This document shows, in pieces, positions 48,247 through 59,254 of a DNA stretch of 64,000 nucleotides (position 1 is its first letter; every line of letters starts with the position of its first letter). Source of the DNA: Candidatus Taenariivivens baikalensis (GTDB lineage Bacteria > Omnitrophota > Omnitrophia > Omnitrophales > Aquincolibacteriaceae); assembly GCA_009691445.1 (NCBI GenBank), contig SICL01000006.1:2486-66485 (forward strand), written 5' to 3'. The translations under genes and the position numbers were made by a program. The notes beneath the pieces are model-generated. The model saw nothing but the letters and a program-made list of their open reading frames with translations, was not told the origin of the DNA and did no database searches.

Positions 48247-50322
48247 ATGAACGATAAATATTTTGACCGGGAACTCTCCTGGATTGATTTCAATGCCCGT
48301 GTCCTTGGCGAGGCCAGGGATGAGAGTAATCCTCTGCTCGAACGTCTCAAATTCATCGGAATTGTGAGCTCGAACCTGGATGAGTTTTTTATGGTGCGCG
48401 TGGCGAGTCTGAGTGCCACGGATCCCATCTTTAAGGATGTTTATCGACACGCCTTTGATCTCATGGACAGGCAGAATCATTATTTCCAGGAATCCCTGGT
48501 TCCCCAGCTTGAGCATGCGGGGATACGGCGCCTGCTTCCTCAGGGGCTCACGGATAAACAGCGGGACTATCTCGCTGCGCTGTTCCATCATGAAATTTTC
48601 CCGCTCTTGACGCCGGTTGCCATCCGTCCTGAAAATCCTGTACCGGTTTTTGTCAACCAGAGCTTGTACCGAATGGTCGCGCTAGCGGATCCGGTGCGTC
48701 TTAAAGTTAGGCATTATGCGGTGGTGGAGGTTCCTAAAAATTATCCTCGTATGATTGCGCTTCTTAGCGATTCTGGCTATTCCTTTATCACGCTTGAGGA
48801 CGTGATCTCTATGTTTGCAGGGGATCTTTTTACAGGTTATGAAATTCTGGAACAGGGGACTTTCAGAATTACACGTGCATCGGAGCTGAGTGTTGATGAG
48901 GAAAAGGATGAGGACTTTTCAAAGGTTTTAAGTGCAGCCTTATCGCTTCGTCAGCGCAGCCGGATCGTCCGTCTTGAGTACAGCGGGTATGACTTGATGA
49001 GGGATTTTCTGAAAGCCCAGCTCGAGATTTCTGATTTTAAAATTTACGAGGTGAGATCTTGGATGGATCTTAAAACGATTGCCCAGCTTGCTTATCAACC
49101 AACCTTTCCCGAACTTAAGCGGCCTCAGTGGGTGCCCAAGCCCTCGCCTGACTTTGAAAAAGCGGATGATGTCTGGAAGCTGCTTAAGGAAAAAGATGTG
49201 ATGGTTCTTCATCCTTATGAATCTTTTGACGTCTTTTTGCGTTTTTTGGCACAGGCAGCACGTGATCCGGATGTGCTTGCGATCAAACAGACTCTTTACC
49301 GCGCCAGTGAATCTTCCCGTGTGATTCATCTCCTGGAGGAAGCCGCCAACAAAGGTAAGCAGGTGACCGTCCTTGTGGAACTTAAGGCCCGCTTCGATGA
49401 AGAGCGGAATATTGAATGGGCGCACCGGCTTGTGAATGCCGGAGCCAGCGTTCTCTACGGCGTTGCGGGTTTAAAGACCCATGCGAAGGCCTGTCTTGTC
49501 GTGCGCCGGGAACCGGAAGGTATCAAACGTTATCTCCATCTTTCCACCGGAAATTACAACGAAAAAACCGCTTTGATTTATTCCGATATCGGACTTTTTA
49601 CTTCTAAGGAAGATATGACCCGGGACGTGAATGTGTTTTTCAATCTGATCACGGGTCTTTCTCAGCCCACTGGATTTTCCGCCATTGAAATTTCCCCCTT
49701 TGGACTTCGCCGGAAACTCGAAAAACTGATTATGCGCGAGACGCTGCGCGGCACGAAGGAAGCACCCGGACTGATGATGGTTAAGATGAATGCTCTCGTG
49801 GACCCTGACATGATCGACGCGCTTTATAAAGCATCGCAAAAAGGCGTGCAGATCAAACTCAATGTGCGGGGAGTTTGCTGTCTTAAGCCGGGCGTCAAGG
49901 GACTCAGCGATAACATTGAAGTCGTGAGTATTGTGGATACTTTTCTAGAACATAGCCGCGTGTTTTACTTCCATAACGGTGGGGATGAGGAGATTTATCT
50001 TTCCAGTGCAGACTGGATGCCGCGCAATCTGGATCGGCGCCTTGAGATTATGTTCCCCGTGATGGAGGAAAAAAATAAGCGATTTTTGATCGATTTGTTG
50101 AAGCACTACTTTAAGGATAATCAGCGTTCCTGGCAGTTGAATGCGCAGGGCCAGTACAAGAAAAAAGATCCGGGAAGCGAAAAAAAATTTCGCGTTCAGG
50201 AATTCTTGTGTAAGAAGGCCGCGGACAATGCTGCAGCATTATCGGTCGGAGGCAAAGAACTCAAGCCCCAGAAGCCCAAGCTTGAGTCTCCGAAGGATTT
50301 AAAAGAAGAGGTATCGGGTTAA
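48247..50322 (+). CDS. ppk1: Polyphosphate kinase 1
   Basis: RELSWIDFNARVL, SNLDEFFMVRVA, HPYESF, KARFDEE, HLSTGNYN, SSADWMPRNLDRR. Confidence 0.97.
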   Translation: MNDKYFDRELSWIDFNARVLGEARDESNPLLERLKFIGIVSSNLDEFFMVRVASLSATDPIFKDVYRHAFDLMDRQNHYFQESLVPQLEHAGIRRLLPQGLTDKQRDYLAALFHHEIFPLLTPVAIRPENPVPVFVNQSLYRMVALADPVRLKVRHYAVVEVPKNYPRMIALLSDSGYSFITLEDVISMFAGDLFTGYEILEQGTFRITRASELSVDEEKDEDFSKVLSAALSLRQRSRIVRLEYSGYDLMRDFLKAQLEISDFKIYEVRSWMDLKTIAQLAYQPTFPELKRPQWVPKPSPDFEKADDVWKLLKEKDVMVLHPYESFDVFLRFLAQAARDPDVLAIKQTLYRASESSRVIHLLEEAANKGKQVTVLVELKARFDEERNIEWAHRLVNAGASVLYGVAGLKTHAKACLVVRREPEGIKRYLHLSTGNYNEKTALIYSDIGLFTSKEDMTRDVNVFFNLITGLSQPTGFSAIEISPFGLRRKLEKLIMRETLRGTKEAPGLMMVKMNALVDPDMIDALYKASQKGVQIKLNVRGVCCLKPGVKGLSDNIEVVSIVDTFLEHSRVFYFHNGGDEEIYLSSADWMPRNLDRRLEIMFPVMEEKNKRFLIDLLKHYFKDNQRSWQLNAQGQYKKKDPGSEKKFRVQEFLCKKAADNAAALSVGGKELKPQKPKLESPKDLKEEVSG

Positions 50323-50966
50323 TCCCACGCTTCGCGGCGTTTCCGGTAAACCATAGCCGCTTTCACGCTTACAATTTTTCGGCTTGGAAGAATCAGGGCG
50401 CTTAGCCTCCCTCCGTAGACACAGCCAGTATCCAGCCCGATAACATTTTTTCTCACCAAGGGTTTACGGCGGACCCAGTGTCCAAAAACAACGGTTTTTC
50501 TCCCGTGATAAAAATGGTACCAGGGTTTTTCTTCTATCCCAAGGGTTCGAAGCGTAGCCAGATCGATCCGAGTTTGCTTTTTTAAAGCCACACGAGGTTT
50601 AAGACCCGCATGGACCACAATCCAGTTTGGGCCTTGAACATAGAGCGGGCATCGGGAAATCCATTTCATATATGTTTTGAATCGCCGTCCCATTTCCCGG
50701 ACCGTGGCGCGGTCATGCGATTTGATGTCAGGTTTTTTTCCGGCTTTCCAGCACAAAAGAAAACGAAGTTCATGATTGCCCAGAATACAGGTGAGATTGG
50801 GAAGACTCATGGCCAGATCCAGTACTTTAGAGCTGGAAGGGCCTTTTGCGATAAGATCGCCTACACAGATCAGGCGATCCTGATCCGTGACCTTGAGTTT
50901 TCGTAAAAGTCTTTTCCACTCACGGATGCATCCGTGAATGTCGCCAAAAATAATGGTTCGCTTCAT
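50319..50966 (-). CDS. Metallophosphoesterase (ApaH/PrpE-like)
   Basis: GDIHG, GDL, GNHE, VHAG, FGH, LDTGCVYGG. Confidence 0.92.
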   Translation of the reverse strand: MKRTIIFGDIHGCIREWKRLLRKLKVTDQDRLICVGDLIAKGPSSSKVLDLAMSLPNLTCILGNHELRFLLCWKAGKKPDIKSHDRATVREMGRRFKTYMKWISRCPLYVQGPNWIVVHAGLKPRVALKKQTRIDLATLRTLGIEEKPWYHFYHGRKTVVFGHWVRRKPLVRKNVIGLDTGCVYGGRLSALILPSRKIVSVKAAMVYRKRREAWD

Positions 50967-51007
50967 AGAGTTATTTTTTTTACGTTAGCGATAAGAGTTA
51001 AGCCGGC

Positions 51008-52351
51008 TTACTTTCTTTTCATCCACGAAATATTTTGCGCGCCTTCATTCCTTCCTAATATCGGTTTAATGCCTGCCACGCTGAAAAAAAGATCCAGGCT
51101 TGATATCTTGCGGTGAGTTTTCCGTACTTCCTGAAATTTCCCGGAAAGAAATGAATGAGAAATAAACCGGAGCAAGGTTGAAAGCGCAAATAAGCTGTAG
51201 AATCTCGATCCCCAAAGGGGCGGCAAATGTTCGGCAAGGAAACCTCCTAAAGAGGCCCCGATAAAGATAGCCGCTCCATTGATCAGATTGAAGTAACTCA
51301 GGCAACGGGTGCGTTTACCGGGCGTGACGGCATCAAAAATAAAGTTAACGGAACAAAGATTGAATCCTGCCCAGATAAATCCCGCATAAATTTCCACGGC
51401 AATCAGATAGTAAAAATTTTTTGAAAATAACCATAAAAATGGTACGAGGGGAATCAAAAGGCTTGTGATGTGAAGGATTTTTGCATTTCCCACATGATCC
51501 GCATGCCGGCCCCAGATAGGAAACGCGATCCAGCCGACCAAGGTGGTCAGCAGCATCACGATCATGTATTGAAGATAGCTGAAGTTCAGTTCTTTAAGAA
51601 TGTAGACATTAAAATAGGGGGATGCAAGATTGGTGGTCAAAGAAATCGAGGCCACGAACAAGACAAATTTCACAAAATTACTTTCCCGAATGCGCATGAT
51701 AAACATCCAGAAGGTGAAATCGTGAGTTCGATCATGAGGGATAGTGACATCCTCCATTTTGGACATGAGATAGGAGGAAATTAAACGGCAGACGGTGGCG
51801 GATACAAAAAGGAGAATAAAGCCTAGCTTTTTGGAACTGCCTGAGCGGTCAAAGAAATAAAGAAGAAGACCTCCGCCGGCCACTCCGAGGACGCTGGCGA
51901 GAGTGGAAACTTGAGACCTCCAGCCAAAATAGTTTCCGCGTCCTTCAGGCGGGAGGTAATGACTTATCAAACTTTGCCACACGGTTGAGATGAGATTTCC
52001 TGTCATCCGAAAAATCGTAATCAATAAGATCAAAAAGGAGATTGCCAGAGCCCCTGAAGGCATCAGGGGGAGAAAACACACGGGAATAAGAATAAGCGCT
52101 TGAAGAAGTGTGGCGAAAATCAAAAAGCGAAGCTGGCTTCCTGCTCGTTTGACCGCATGGATTGCAAATAGAAGCACTATGGATGAGAGGAGGTTAGGAA
52201 AGGCGACCAAAAGCCCTATTTGCTTGGGCGAGGCCCCGAGGAAAAGTCCAAGGGGGATTAAATAATTATCCATGACCGCAAGCATGACGGCAGCGGGGAT
52301 GCCTTCTTGCCAGGAAATAGCGAGACTTTTTTGGTAAGGATTAGACATCAA
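51008..52351 (-). CDS. MFS transporter
   Basis: About 12 hydrophobic segments; WGRHADHVGN loop motif. Confidence 0.88.
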   Translation of the reverse strand: MMSNPYQKSLAISWQEGIPAAVMLAVMDNYLIPLGLFLGASPKQIGLLVAFPNLLSSIVLLFAIHAVKRAGSQLRFLIFATLLQALILIPVCFLPLMPSGALAISFLILLITIFRMTGNLISTVWQSLISHYLPPEGRGNYFGWRSQVSTLASVLGVAGGGLLLYFFDRSGSSKKLGFILLFVSATVCRLISSYLMSKMEDVTIPHDRTHDFTFWMFIMRIRESNFVKFVLFVASISLTTNLASPYFNVYILKELNFSYLQYMIVMLLTTLVGWIAFPIWGRHADHVGNAKILHITSLLIPLVPFLWLFSKNFYYLIAVEIYAGFIWAGFNLCSVNFIFDAVTPGKRTRCLSYFNLINGAAIFIGASLGGFLAEHLPPLWGSRFYSLFALSTLLRFISHSFLSGKFQEVRKTHRKISSLDLFFSVAGIKPILGRNEGAQNISWMKRK

Positions 52352-52399
52352 ACAATCTCAAATTCCAAATACTAAATCCGAAATTCAGATTTAATATCT

Positions 52400-53140
52400 T
52401 TAGGTTTTAAACCTTGATCTTGCCAGCTTAATGAAATGCCTAAACAAACGGGATTGAACCGGATCCTTAGGCTGACGCTCGGGATGCCACTGAACCGCAA
52501 GAGTCCGGGGCGGCCCCTGAATCGCTTCCGGAATTCCGTCCTCAGAAAAGGCAATAATGTTCATCCAGCGTCCGGGTGTTTTGATCGCCTGATGATGCTC
52601 GCTGTGTACCAGGAATGATTCGTGGCGCGTAATTCGGCGAAGCAAGGAGCCCGGCATGACTTTGATACGATGAAGGGGATTTTTCTTAGAGCGATGATTC
52701 TTGGCGCCCTTGATTTCAGTCTGGATATCTTGGCAGAGCGTCCCTCCGTGCAGGACATTGAGAAGCTGCATACCGTAGCAAATGGCAAAGACGGGGATTT
52801 TACGCCGTTGGGCGGCCTGGAAAAGTGATTTCTCAAAATAAATTCTTCCGCGGTACATCGGATCGACTTTGCGCGTTGCTTTCTCACCATAAAATGCGGG
52901 AGGAATGTCCGCACCTCCTGTAATGACAATTCCATCGATGTGATGAAGCAGCTGTCCGATGTCGTGGGGAAAGGGGATAATCGGAATCAGGACTGGAATT
53001 CCTCCGGCGCGCAGGATGGCCCGCACATAACGGTAATCACAAAGAAGGTCAAACTCTGAGAAATAGGGTTTGAGTTTTTTGACCTCGCAAGTAATGCCGA
53101 TGACCGGTTTGCGGCGCCGCACGACTTTCTTTCGTTTCAT
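52400..53140 (-). CDS. Gamma-glutamyl-gamma-aminobutyrate hydrolase family (peptidase C26, PuuD-like)
   Basis: GGIPVLIP, TGGADI, AICYGMQLLNV, HHQA, VQWHPE. Confidence 0.92.
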   Translation of the reverse strand: MKRKKVVRRRKPVIGITCEVKKLKPYFSEFDLLCDYRYVRAILRAGGIPVLIPIIPFPHDIGQLLHHIDGIVITGGADIPPAFYGEKATRKVDPMYRGRIYFEKSLFQAAQRRKIPVFAICYGMQLLNVLHGGTLCQDIQTEIKGAKNHRSKKNPLHRIKVMPGSLLRRITRHESFLVHSEHHQAIKTPGRWMNIIAFSEDGIPEAIQGPPRTLAVQWHPERQPKDPVQSRLFRHFIKLARSRFKT

Positions 53141-53189
53141 AATGAATGGATCTCCGACACAGGATTACGTCAGAATGGGTAAGAGACTT

Positions 53190-53322
53190 AAATAACCAAG
53201 ATCCAAGAAACAAGTATCCAAATAATAATCAAGCGACAAGATGCAAGTGTCCAAACAGTTTGTCATTTGTAGCTTGCTTCTTGGAGATTTGGTTATTATT
53301 TGGTGTTTGTATCTTGGATCTT
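53190..53322. repeat. Palindromic heptamer-repeat element
   Basis: accaagatccaagaaacaag mirrored by ttggtgtttgtatcttggatcttg. Confidence 0.7.
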
Positions 53323-53349
53323 GCAAAAGAGAGTCCTCTCTTTATGCCC

Positions 53350-54449
53350 TTACCAATTTGCTTCTTTGCGCCCAAGCCAGGTGCGGTCGATCTTGGGGAG
53401 CTTAACTCCCAGACGCAGCGCAAATTTTTCAAACGAATTGCCGTCCAGAAGTTCTTCAAGGGCAAGGGCGTATTTTTTAGCAAACTGGATCTGCCAAGTG
53501 GGGTGATGGCGGTGCTGGCAAATTTCTGCAGCCTTCCGGATAACATCAGCCTGGTTCCATCCTTTTTTAAAATATTTAAAAATCCGAAGCACTTCATCCG
53601 GAATATCGATTTCACGCAGTTCCTCTTCATACTTGCGAAAAAAAAGATCCACGTAGCGACTTGCTGGAACCCAGTGATTGGCCCAGGCCAGTTTGGATTG
53701 CGTTCCCAACCTAGCGGCCTGGTCGCGGGCCTTCAGATAATTAACGTGAGTGGATTGATTGAGCGGTGTTTAAGCCATCGCAAGGTGACGGCGTGGCAAA
53801 CGACGAGGCAGGCGACAATGTATTCTGGAATGGAACTGTCCAGGATTCTTAGTTCCAGGGTGGGCGGTTTTCTGGTATTTCCCCGATTAAAGTTTATTTC
53901 CCGGAAATGATCCTTAAAAAAGCGTTCCCGTTTGGTGATCTTGAAATATTTCTTGGTTCCCCGGAGAAGACGGCTTGAAGGGGGTTTGGTAATCTGCTCA
54001 CGCCAGACCGTTGAATTTGCTGAGAGTGCAATTAGAAAAGGAATATGACCGTGCAAGCACTGAGCGAGTTTTTTTGCGTCGTCATAGGGGATGCCGTCTT
54101 TTCCTAATCCCAAATGAATGTGGCATCCGGAAAATCGGTCAATCCAACCGCCAACGGGGAAGATCGTTAATCGGTGAGTTTCTCCGTTTGATTCGCGGAA
54201 CTTGGCGTATTTGCGGAGGCTGTTTTTGAGTAGAAAAAAGGCCTCGCGAAGGGTGAGGAAGGCTTTGCTGTTAAATTCAGAGCCGATGCTCCAGTCGCGG
54301 GTGAATTGTTCTCCCTTTTCGACGGCGGAACGCTTGGAAAAGTGGAGTTCCCGTGAGATGCGGTTTTCAGCCACATCGATCGAGTAGCTTTCAAGCTCAA
54401 CGCCCATCGTCACGGCAGGTTTTTTCTTGCGGGACTTAACGGTCTTCAT
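53350..54449 (-). pseudogene. Glutamate-cysteine ligase family 2 (GCS2/YbdK-like), split by a frameshift near 53750
   Basis: TMGVELE, GCHIHLG, IALSANS, TLELRILD in one frame; continues as NYLKARDQAARLG... in another; 1100-nt span is not a multiple of 3. Confidence 0.75.
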
Positions 54450-54603
54450 GGAACAACGCTGCGCATTGAATGATTCCAGTTTGAACGCGAAATCATAGCA
54501 GAATGCCTCTAGAATAAAAGAACCCAAAAAAGCTGTGTCATTCGTTGAATTAGGGATTGATCGCCCCTATAATGACGCAACTCATTGAAAGGTCACAGTC
54601 GTT

Positions 54604-55911
54604 ATGGCGGAAGAATCGTTTGTTCCTCTGATTCAAAAGTATTTTGAAAGTGATCCGGTTACGGCCGCTCATCATCTGGAAACTCTGGATGAGGATCAGG
54701 CTGTGGATGTCCTCAAATCCCTCAGCCCTTCCCTTTGTGCGCGCGTCGTGTTGTATCTTCCGGATGCCTTCGCGGCTTCCTTGCTGCAGAAAGTCCCCAC
54801 GGAATTTTTTAAAGAAATTGTGGATCATCTGGAATCTCAGGACGGGGCGAGTTTGTTCCTGCATCTTCCTCCGGAAACGCGCTCGCTGTTTCTGGAGTAT
54901 CTTTCAGATCAGAAAAAGAAAGAGATCTCCGAATTTTTGACCTATCCAGAAAATAGCGCCGGGCGGATTATGTCGACAGACTTTTTAGCGTTTCACGGCG
55001 ATCTAAAAATCAAGGATGTTGTCCACAAACTCCGCCAAATGATTCAAAAAGGCAGCCGCGCGTCTTATGTCTATGTGGTGGACTCTCAAAACCAGCTTGT
55101 GGGCGTGATGAATATGCGTGATATGTTGATCGCTGATGATGATGCAGCCCTTGATTCCGTGATGCGGCGGGAAGTTTTCACGGTGAATTGCTTCATGGAC
55201 CGGGAACAGGTGGCGAATGAACTTTCAAATCGGCATTACATTTCCGCTCCTGTCGTGGATCATGAAAATCGTCTACTTGGAATTGTGAAAGCGGACCAAT
55301 TAATTGAAGATGTTCAGGAGGAGGCCACGGAAGATTTACAGAAGATGTTCGGTGCTGGAGGGGACGAGCGAGTTTTTTCTCCGATTCGTTTTTCGCTGAA
55401 GACGCGTCTTCCCTGGCTTCATATCAATCTTGCCACGGCGTTTCTTGCGGGATCTGTGGTGGCATTTTTCCAGGATTTTATCGGGAAATTCCCCGTACTT
55501 GCTGTTTATTTGCCGGTGGTTGCCGGTCAAGGGGGTAACACGGGAGCTCAGTCTCTCGCGGTGGTGATTCGCGGAATTGTCCTGCGGGAAATCCCCGCTA
55601 AAAAAGTTTCCCGGCTTATTTTTAAAGAGGCATGGATTGGTGCGGTGAACGGTTTTGTGATCGGCATTGTCACGGCCCTGGCGGCTTGGCTTTGGCAGGG
55701 TAATCCTTTTCTGGGTTTGGTGGTGGGGCTTGCCATGTTCTGTAATATGATGCTGGCTGGACTTTTTGGAGCGGCCATCCCGATTACGATGAAAGCCATT
55801 GGCCTTGATCCGGCGCAATGTTCGAATATTATCCTGACGACCATCACCGATGTGATAGGGTTTTTATGCTTCCTCGGTTTCGCTTATTTATTTCAAAACT
55901 ATCTTCACTAA
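54604..55911 (+). CDS. mgtE: Magnesium transporter MgtE
   Basis: YPENSAGRIM, CBS pair, RLPWL, GGNTGAQS, DPA, TTITDVIG. Confidence 0.95.
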   Translation: MAEESFVPLIQKYFESDPVTAAHHLETLDEDQAVDVLKSLSPSLCARVVLYLPDAFAASLLQKVPTEFFKEIVDHLESQDGASLFLHLPPETRSLFLEYLSDQKKKEISEFLTYPENSAGRIMSTDFLAFHGDLKIKDVVHKLRQMIQKGSRASYVYVVDSQNQLVGVMNMRDMLIADDDAALDSVMRREVFTVNCFMDREQVANELSNRHYISAPVVDHENRLLGIVKADQLIEDVQEEATEDLQKMFGAGGDERVFSPIRFSLKTRLPWLHINLATAFLAGSVVAFFQDFIGKFPVLAVYLPVVAGQGGNTGAQSLAVVIRGIVLREIPAKKVSRLIFKEAWIGAVNGFVIGIVTALAAWLWQGNPFLGLVVGLAMFCNMMLAGLFGAAIPITMKAIGLDPAQCSNIILTTITDVIGFLCFLGFAYLFQNYLH

Positions 55912-55920
55912 GGATTATTT

Positions 55921-56838
55921 ATGCCTGAATGCTGGCTGTGGATTGGCTTTAATGTCTTAATTTTTTTTCTGCTTTATCTCGATCTGTTTGTTTTTAATCG
56001 TAACGCTCATGAAATTAAAATTAAGGAAGCCCTGGTCTCGAGTTTAATCTGGATTATCGTCGCCTTAATTTTTAATGCCGGGGTATTTTGGTTTTCAGGA
56101 AAAGAGCACGGTTTTAATTTTTTAACGGGGTACGTGCTAGAACGGTCTTTGAGCATTGACAATCTTTTCGTGTTTTTACTGATTTTTACTTATTTTCAGG
56201 TTCCGGCCCAATATCAGCATAAAATTCTATTCTGGGGAATTTTGGGGACAGTGGTCACTCGAGCTGCTTTCATTCTGGGCGGCATCGCAATCATTGAGCG
56301 TTTTCAGTGGATACTTTATCTTCTTGGTGTTGTTTTAATTTTTTCAGGATTTAAATTACTTAAAGGTGAAGACAAAGAGATGGATCCTGGGAAAAATCCC
56401 GTCTTGAAAGTATTTAAACGGTTTTTTCCAGTGACCACTCAACTGCATGGAGGGAAATTTTTTGTCAGGGAGGAAGGGCGCCTTATGGCGACGCCCCTTT
56501 TTGTGGTGTTACTGGTGATGGAAACAACCGATGTTGTTTTTGCTGTGGACTCGATTCCTGCCATTTTATCCATTACGCGGGATCCGTTTATCGTTTATAG
56601 CTCGAATGTGTTTGCCATTTTGGGGCTTCGGGCCCTTTATTTTGCACTGGCGGGTCTGATGCAGCTTTTTCAGTATTTGAACTACGGACTCGGTGTTATT
56701 TTGATGTTTGTCGGCGTAAAAATGCTGGTTCAGCCTTTTTACCACATCTCTGTTCTTTTTTCACTCGGGGTGATTGTTTCGGTGCTCACTCTTTCGATTA
56801 TTTTTTCTCTCATTTTCCCTAAAAACAAGCAGCATTAA
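55921..56838 (+). CDS. TerC/Alx-family metal homeostasis membrane protein
   Basis: ERSLSIDNLFVF, DVVFAVDSIPA, SNVFAILGLRALYF. Confidence 0.95.
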   Translation: MPECWLWIGFNVLIFFLLYLDLFVFNRNAHEIKIKEALVSSLIWIIVALIFNAGVFWFSGKEHGFNFLTGYVLERSLSIDNLFVFLLIFTYFQVPAQYQHKILFWGILGTVVTRAAFILGGIAIIERFQWILYLLGVVLIFSGFKLLKGEDKEMDPGKNPVLKVFKRFFPVTTQLHGGKFFVREEGRLMATPLFVVLLVMETTDVVFAVDSIPAILSITRDPFIVYSSNVFAILGLRALYFALAGLMQLFQYLNYGLGVILMFVGVKMLVQPFYHISVLFSLGVIVSVLTLSIIFSLIFPKNKQH

Positions 56839-56851
56839 TCCGGAGATTTTT

Positions 56852-57607
56852 ATGAAATCAAATTTTGCGGCCTCCGCTTTTTTAATGATGTTTCTTTTCT
56901 CCTCAACCTTGAGGGCGGAAGCGCCGGAGCATTTTTATAATGCCAACGAAAATCTGAATCCGGATCCCAAGTACACGCCGGGGGATGTGCCACTGGAAGA
57001 TACCAATAAGGCCCGTTCTTTTTACACCGCGGAACAGCAGGAACTTGCGGCTTCAGGCGACACCGCTTCCGAAGTGCTCTACACACTTGGACACGGCGAG
57101 ATTTCTTTCAGCGCCGTAAAAAATGAAACCGCGAATGTGCTCGGTTTTTTCCGGAATTATTTTGGCGTGGTTAAGATCAAAGACGGAATTCCTGTGGGTT
57201 TGACCATGGTCATTGATATTAATTCCCTGGACACGGCTGTGCCGGGAAGAAATAACCGGATCCTCAATTTGCTTTTCCGGAGTATGACGCCCGAGCTTGG
57301 AACCGCGCGAGTGGAATTTCAGGAGCTGGATTGGGGCGGAAAAAGTTTTGCTGAGGCGGGTGACGGGGCCGTTCACGGGATCAAAGCTTCCGGGACTTTG
57401 GATTTGAACGGTGTCCAAAAACCAATCACGGCCTCTTTGAATCTTCAAAAACAGAAGGGAATCTGGGCGGTTGAAACCGCATCTCCGATTTCCATTCTCA
57501 TTTCCGATTATCAGTTTGAGAACCGGGTGTATGAGCTGATGAAATCTTGTAATCATAAGTCCATCGGTAATCAGGTGGATGTGAAAGTGGAATTGTTCTT
57601 TAAATAA
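56852..57607 (+). CDS. Secreted YceI-like protein
   Basis: GGAG RBS, ATG at 56852; signal peptide; IDINSLDT...RN, GTLDLNGVQKPI. Confidence 0.65.
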   Translation: MKSNFAASAFLMMFLFSSTLRAEAPEHFYNANENLNPDPKYTPGDVPLEDTNKARSFYTAEQQELAASGDTASEVLYTLGHGEISFSAVKNETANVLGFFRNYFGVVKIKDGIPVGLTMVIDINSLDTAVPGRNNRILNLLFRSMTPELGTARVEFQELDWGGKSFAEAGDGAVHGIKASGTLDLNGVQKPITASLNLQKQKGIWAVETASPISILISDYQFENRVYELMKSCNHKSIGNQVDVKVELFFK

Positions 57608-57652
57608 AAATGCCTTTCGATCCAACTAATTCTTGATAGAATCGGCCCCATT

Positions 57653-58573
57653 ATGATCAATGACATTACGGATTTTTTGCGCGCCACCGAAGCCGCGGCC
57701 ATTGCCGCCTCAGAGTGGGTAGGAACCGGCGACAAACTCAATGCGGATAAGGCGGCTACCGATGCAATGCGAGAGCGTCTGAACCGGATTGAATTTGCTG
57801 GCAAGGTCGTTATTGGTGAGGGAAAGAAAGACGAAAGCGCGGGGCTTTTTAATAATGACTGGGTTGGACGGTTTGCTAATCAGAAAATGTCGGATTACTA
57901 CGAGCTTGCTGTTGATCCGATTGATGGAACCCGCCCGACCGTAACTTCCGGCCCGGAAGCTCTGAGCGTTCTTGCCGCTGCCAATGCCGGCTGTATGTTT
58001 ACGACCGAGGAATTTTATATGCACAAGCTTGCCTACGGTCCCTTGATTGCCCATAAAGTAAAACTGAACATCCACGATTCGATCGAAACGATTGTGGAAA
58101 AAGTTTCTAAAGCAACGGGTAAGGCTCCTCATCGAATAGTTGTCTGTCTGCTCGATCGTCCCCGCCACGAAAAATATGTGGCCGTCCTCAGAAAAATGAG
58201 TGTCCGGACAAAATTGATTCAAGACTGCGATATATCAGGCGCGATTGCAACCTGCCTTCCGGAAAGCGGCATTGATCTTCTTTACGGCATTGGCGGAGCT
58301 CCGGAGGCGGTGATTACTGCGGCCGCGATGAAATGTCTTGGCGGTGGATTTCAAGCGCAGATCGTCAATAAAGAGTGCGCGATTTTTCAACCCAAAGTTT
58401 ATGACATTGAAGATTTGGTGAAGGGCGAATGCGCGTTTGCTGCGACAGGGATCACGAATGGCAGTCTCCTCAAAGGTGTCCGTTTTACCAGCCGCGGACC
58501 GGTGACGCACAGTGTGATGATGCGCTCTAAAAGTGGTACCGTTCGGTGGATAACGGCTTATCACGGAAATTAA
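57653..58573 (+). CDS. glpX: Class II fructose-1,6-bisphosphatase
   Basis: TEAAA, VVIGEG, AVDPIDGT, DRPRH, GIGGAPE, FAATGIT. Confidence 0.95.
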   Translation: MINDITDFLRATEAAAIAASEWVGTGDKLNADKAATDAMRERLNRIEFAGKVVIGEGKKDESAGLFNNDWVGRFANQKMSDYYELAVDPIDGTRPTVTSGPEALSVLAAANAGCMFTTEEFYMHKLAYGPLIAHKVKLNIHDSIETIVEKVSKATGKAPHRIVVCLLDRPRHEKYVAVLRKMSVRTKLIQDCDISGAIATCLPESGIDLLYGIGGAPEAVITAAAMKCLGGGFQAQIVNKECAIFQPKVYDIEDLVKGECAFAATGITNGSLLKGVRFTSRGPVTHSVMMRSKSGTVRWITAYHGN

Positions 58574-58620
58574 TCTGAAATTTTAAAGCGAAACTATAAA
58601 ATTGAAGGCGGAGCATAAAA

Positions 58621-59214
58621 ATGAAATCACGTCTAAGCCTATTGCTGGTAATCGGTTTGCTTTTCTCTCAGCCGGCCTGGGCTGCGGAATATAAACTGGG
58701 CAAGGAACACACGACGGTCGGATTCAAAATTCGTCACTTATTCTCCTGGGTTCAGGGAACGTTTAATGAGTTTGACGGTCAGTTTACCTATGATCCTGAC
58801 AAGCCGGAAACCTGGAAAGTAGATGCTGTGATTCAGGCGAAGAGCATTGATACGCACAATGAAAAACGCGATACGCATTTGAGTTCTGCGGATTTCTTTG
58901 ACGTTGAAAAATTTCCGACGCTGAGTTTTAAAAGTACGGGAGTCCACGATGCGACAAAATCAAATGCCAAACTGGACGGGATTTTAACGCTGCACGGAGT
59001 TGAAAAGCCTGTGACACTGGATCTGGAAATTCACGGAGCCGGTAAAGATCCGTGGGGAAATATGCTTTCGGGATTTACGGCAACCACGAAGATCAATCGC
59101 AAGGATTTCGGACTTTCCTGGAATCAGTCTGTGGAAACTGGACAGCTTTTGGTTGGAGAAGAAGTTTTGATCACGATTGAAGTCGAAGGAGTTTTGCTGG
59201 AAGAAACTAAGTAA
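58621..59214 (+). CDS. YceI-family protein
   Basis: HTTVGFKIRH, SIDT..KRDTHLSSADFFDVEKFP, LTLHGVEK, DPWG, INRKDFG. Confidence 0.95.
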   Translation: MKSRLSLLLVIGLLFSQPAWAAEYKLGKEHTTVGFKIRHLFSWVQGTFNEFDGQFTYDPDKPETWKVDAVIQAKSIDTHNEKRDTHLSSADFFDVEKFPTLSFKSTGVHDATKSNAKLDGILTLHGVEKPVTLDLEIHGAGKDPWGNMLSGFTATTKINRKDFGLSWNQSVETGQLLVGEEVLITIEVEGVLLEETK

Positions 59215-59254
59215 CCTGAAACTTAAAATTTTAAACGAGTAAAAGGAGAATCTA

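Noticed and set aside
53146-53910. 254-aa plus-strand ORF
   Set aside because: Begins in a repeat element and is antisense to the GCS2 ligase.
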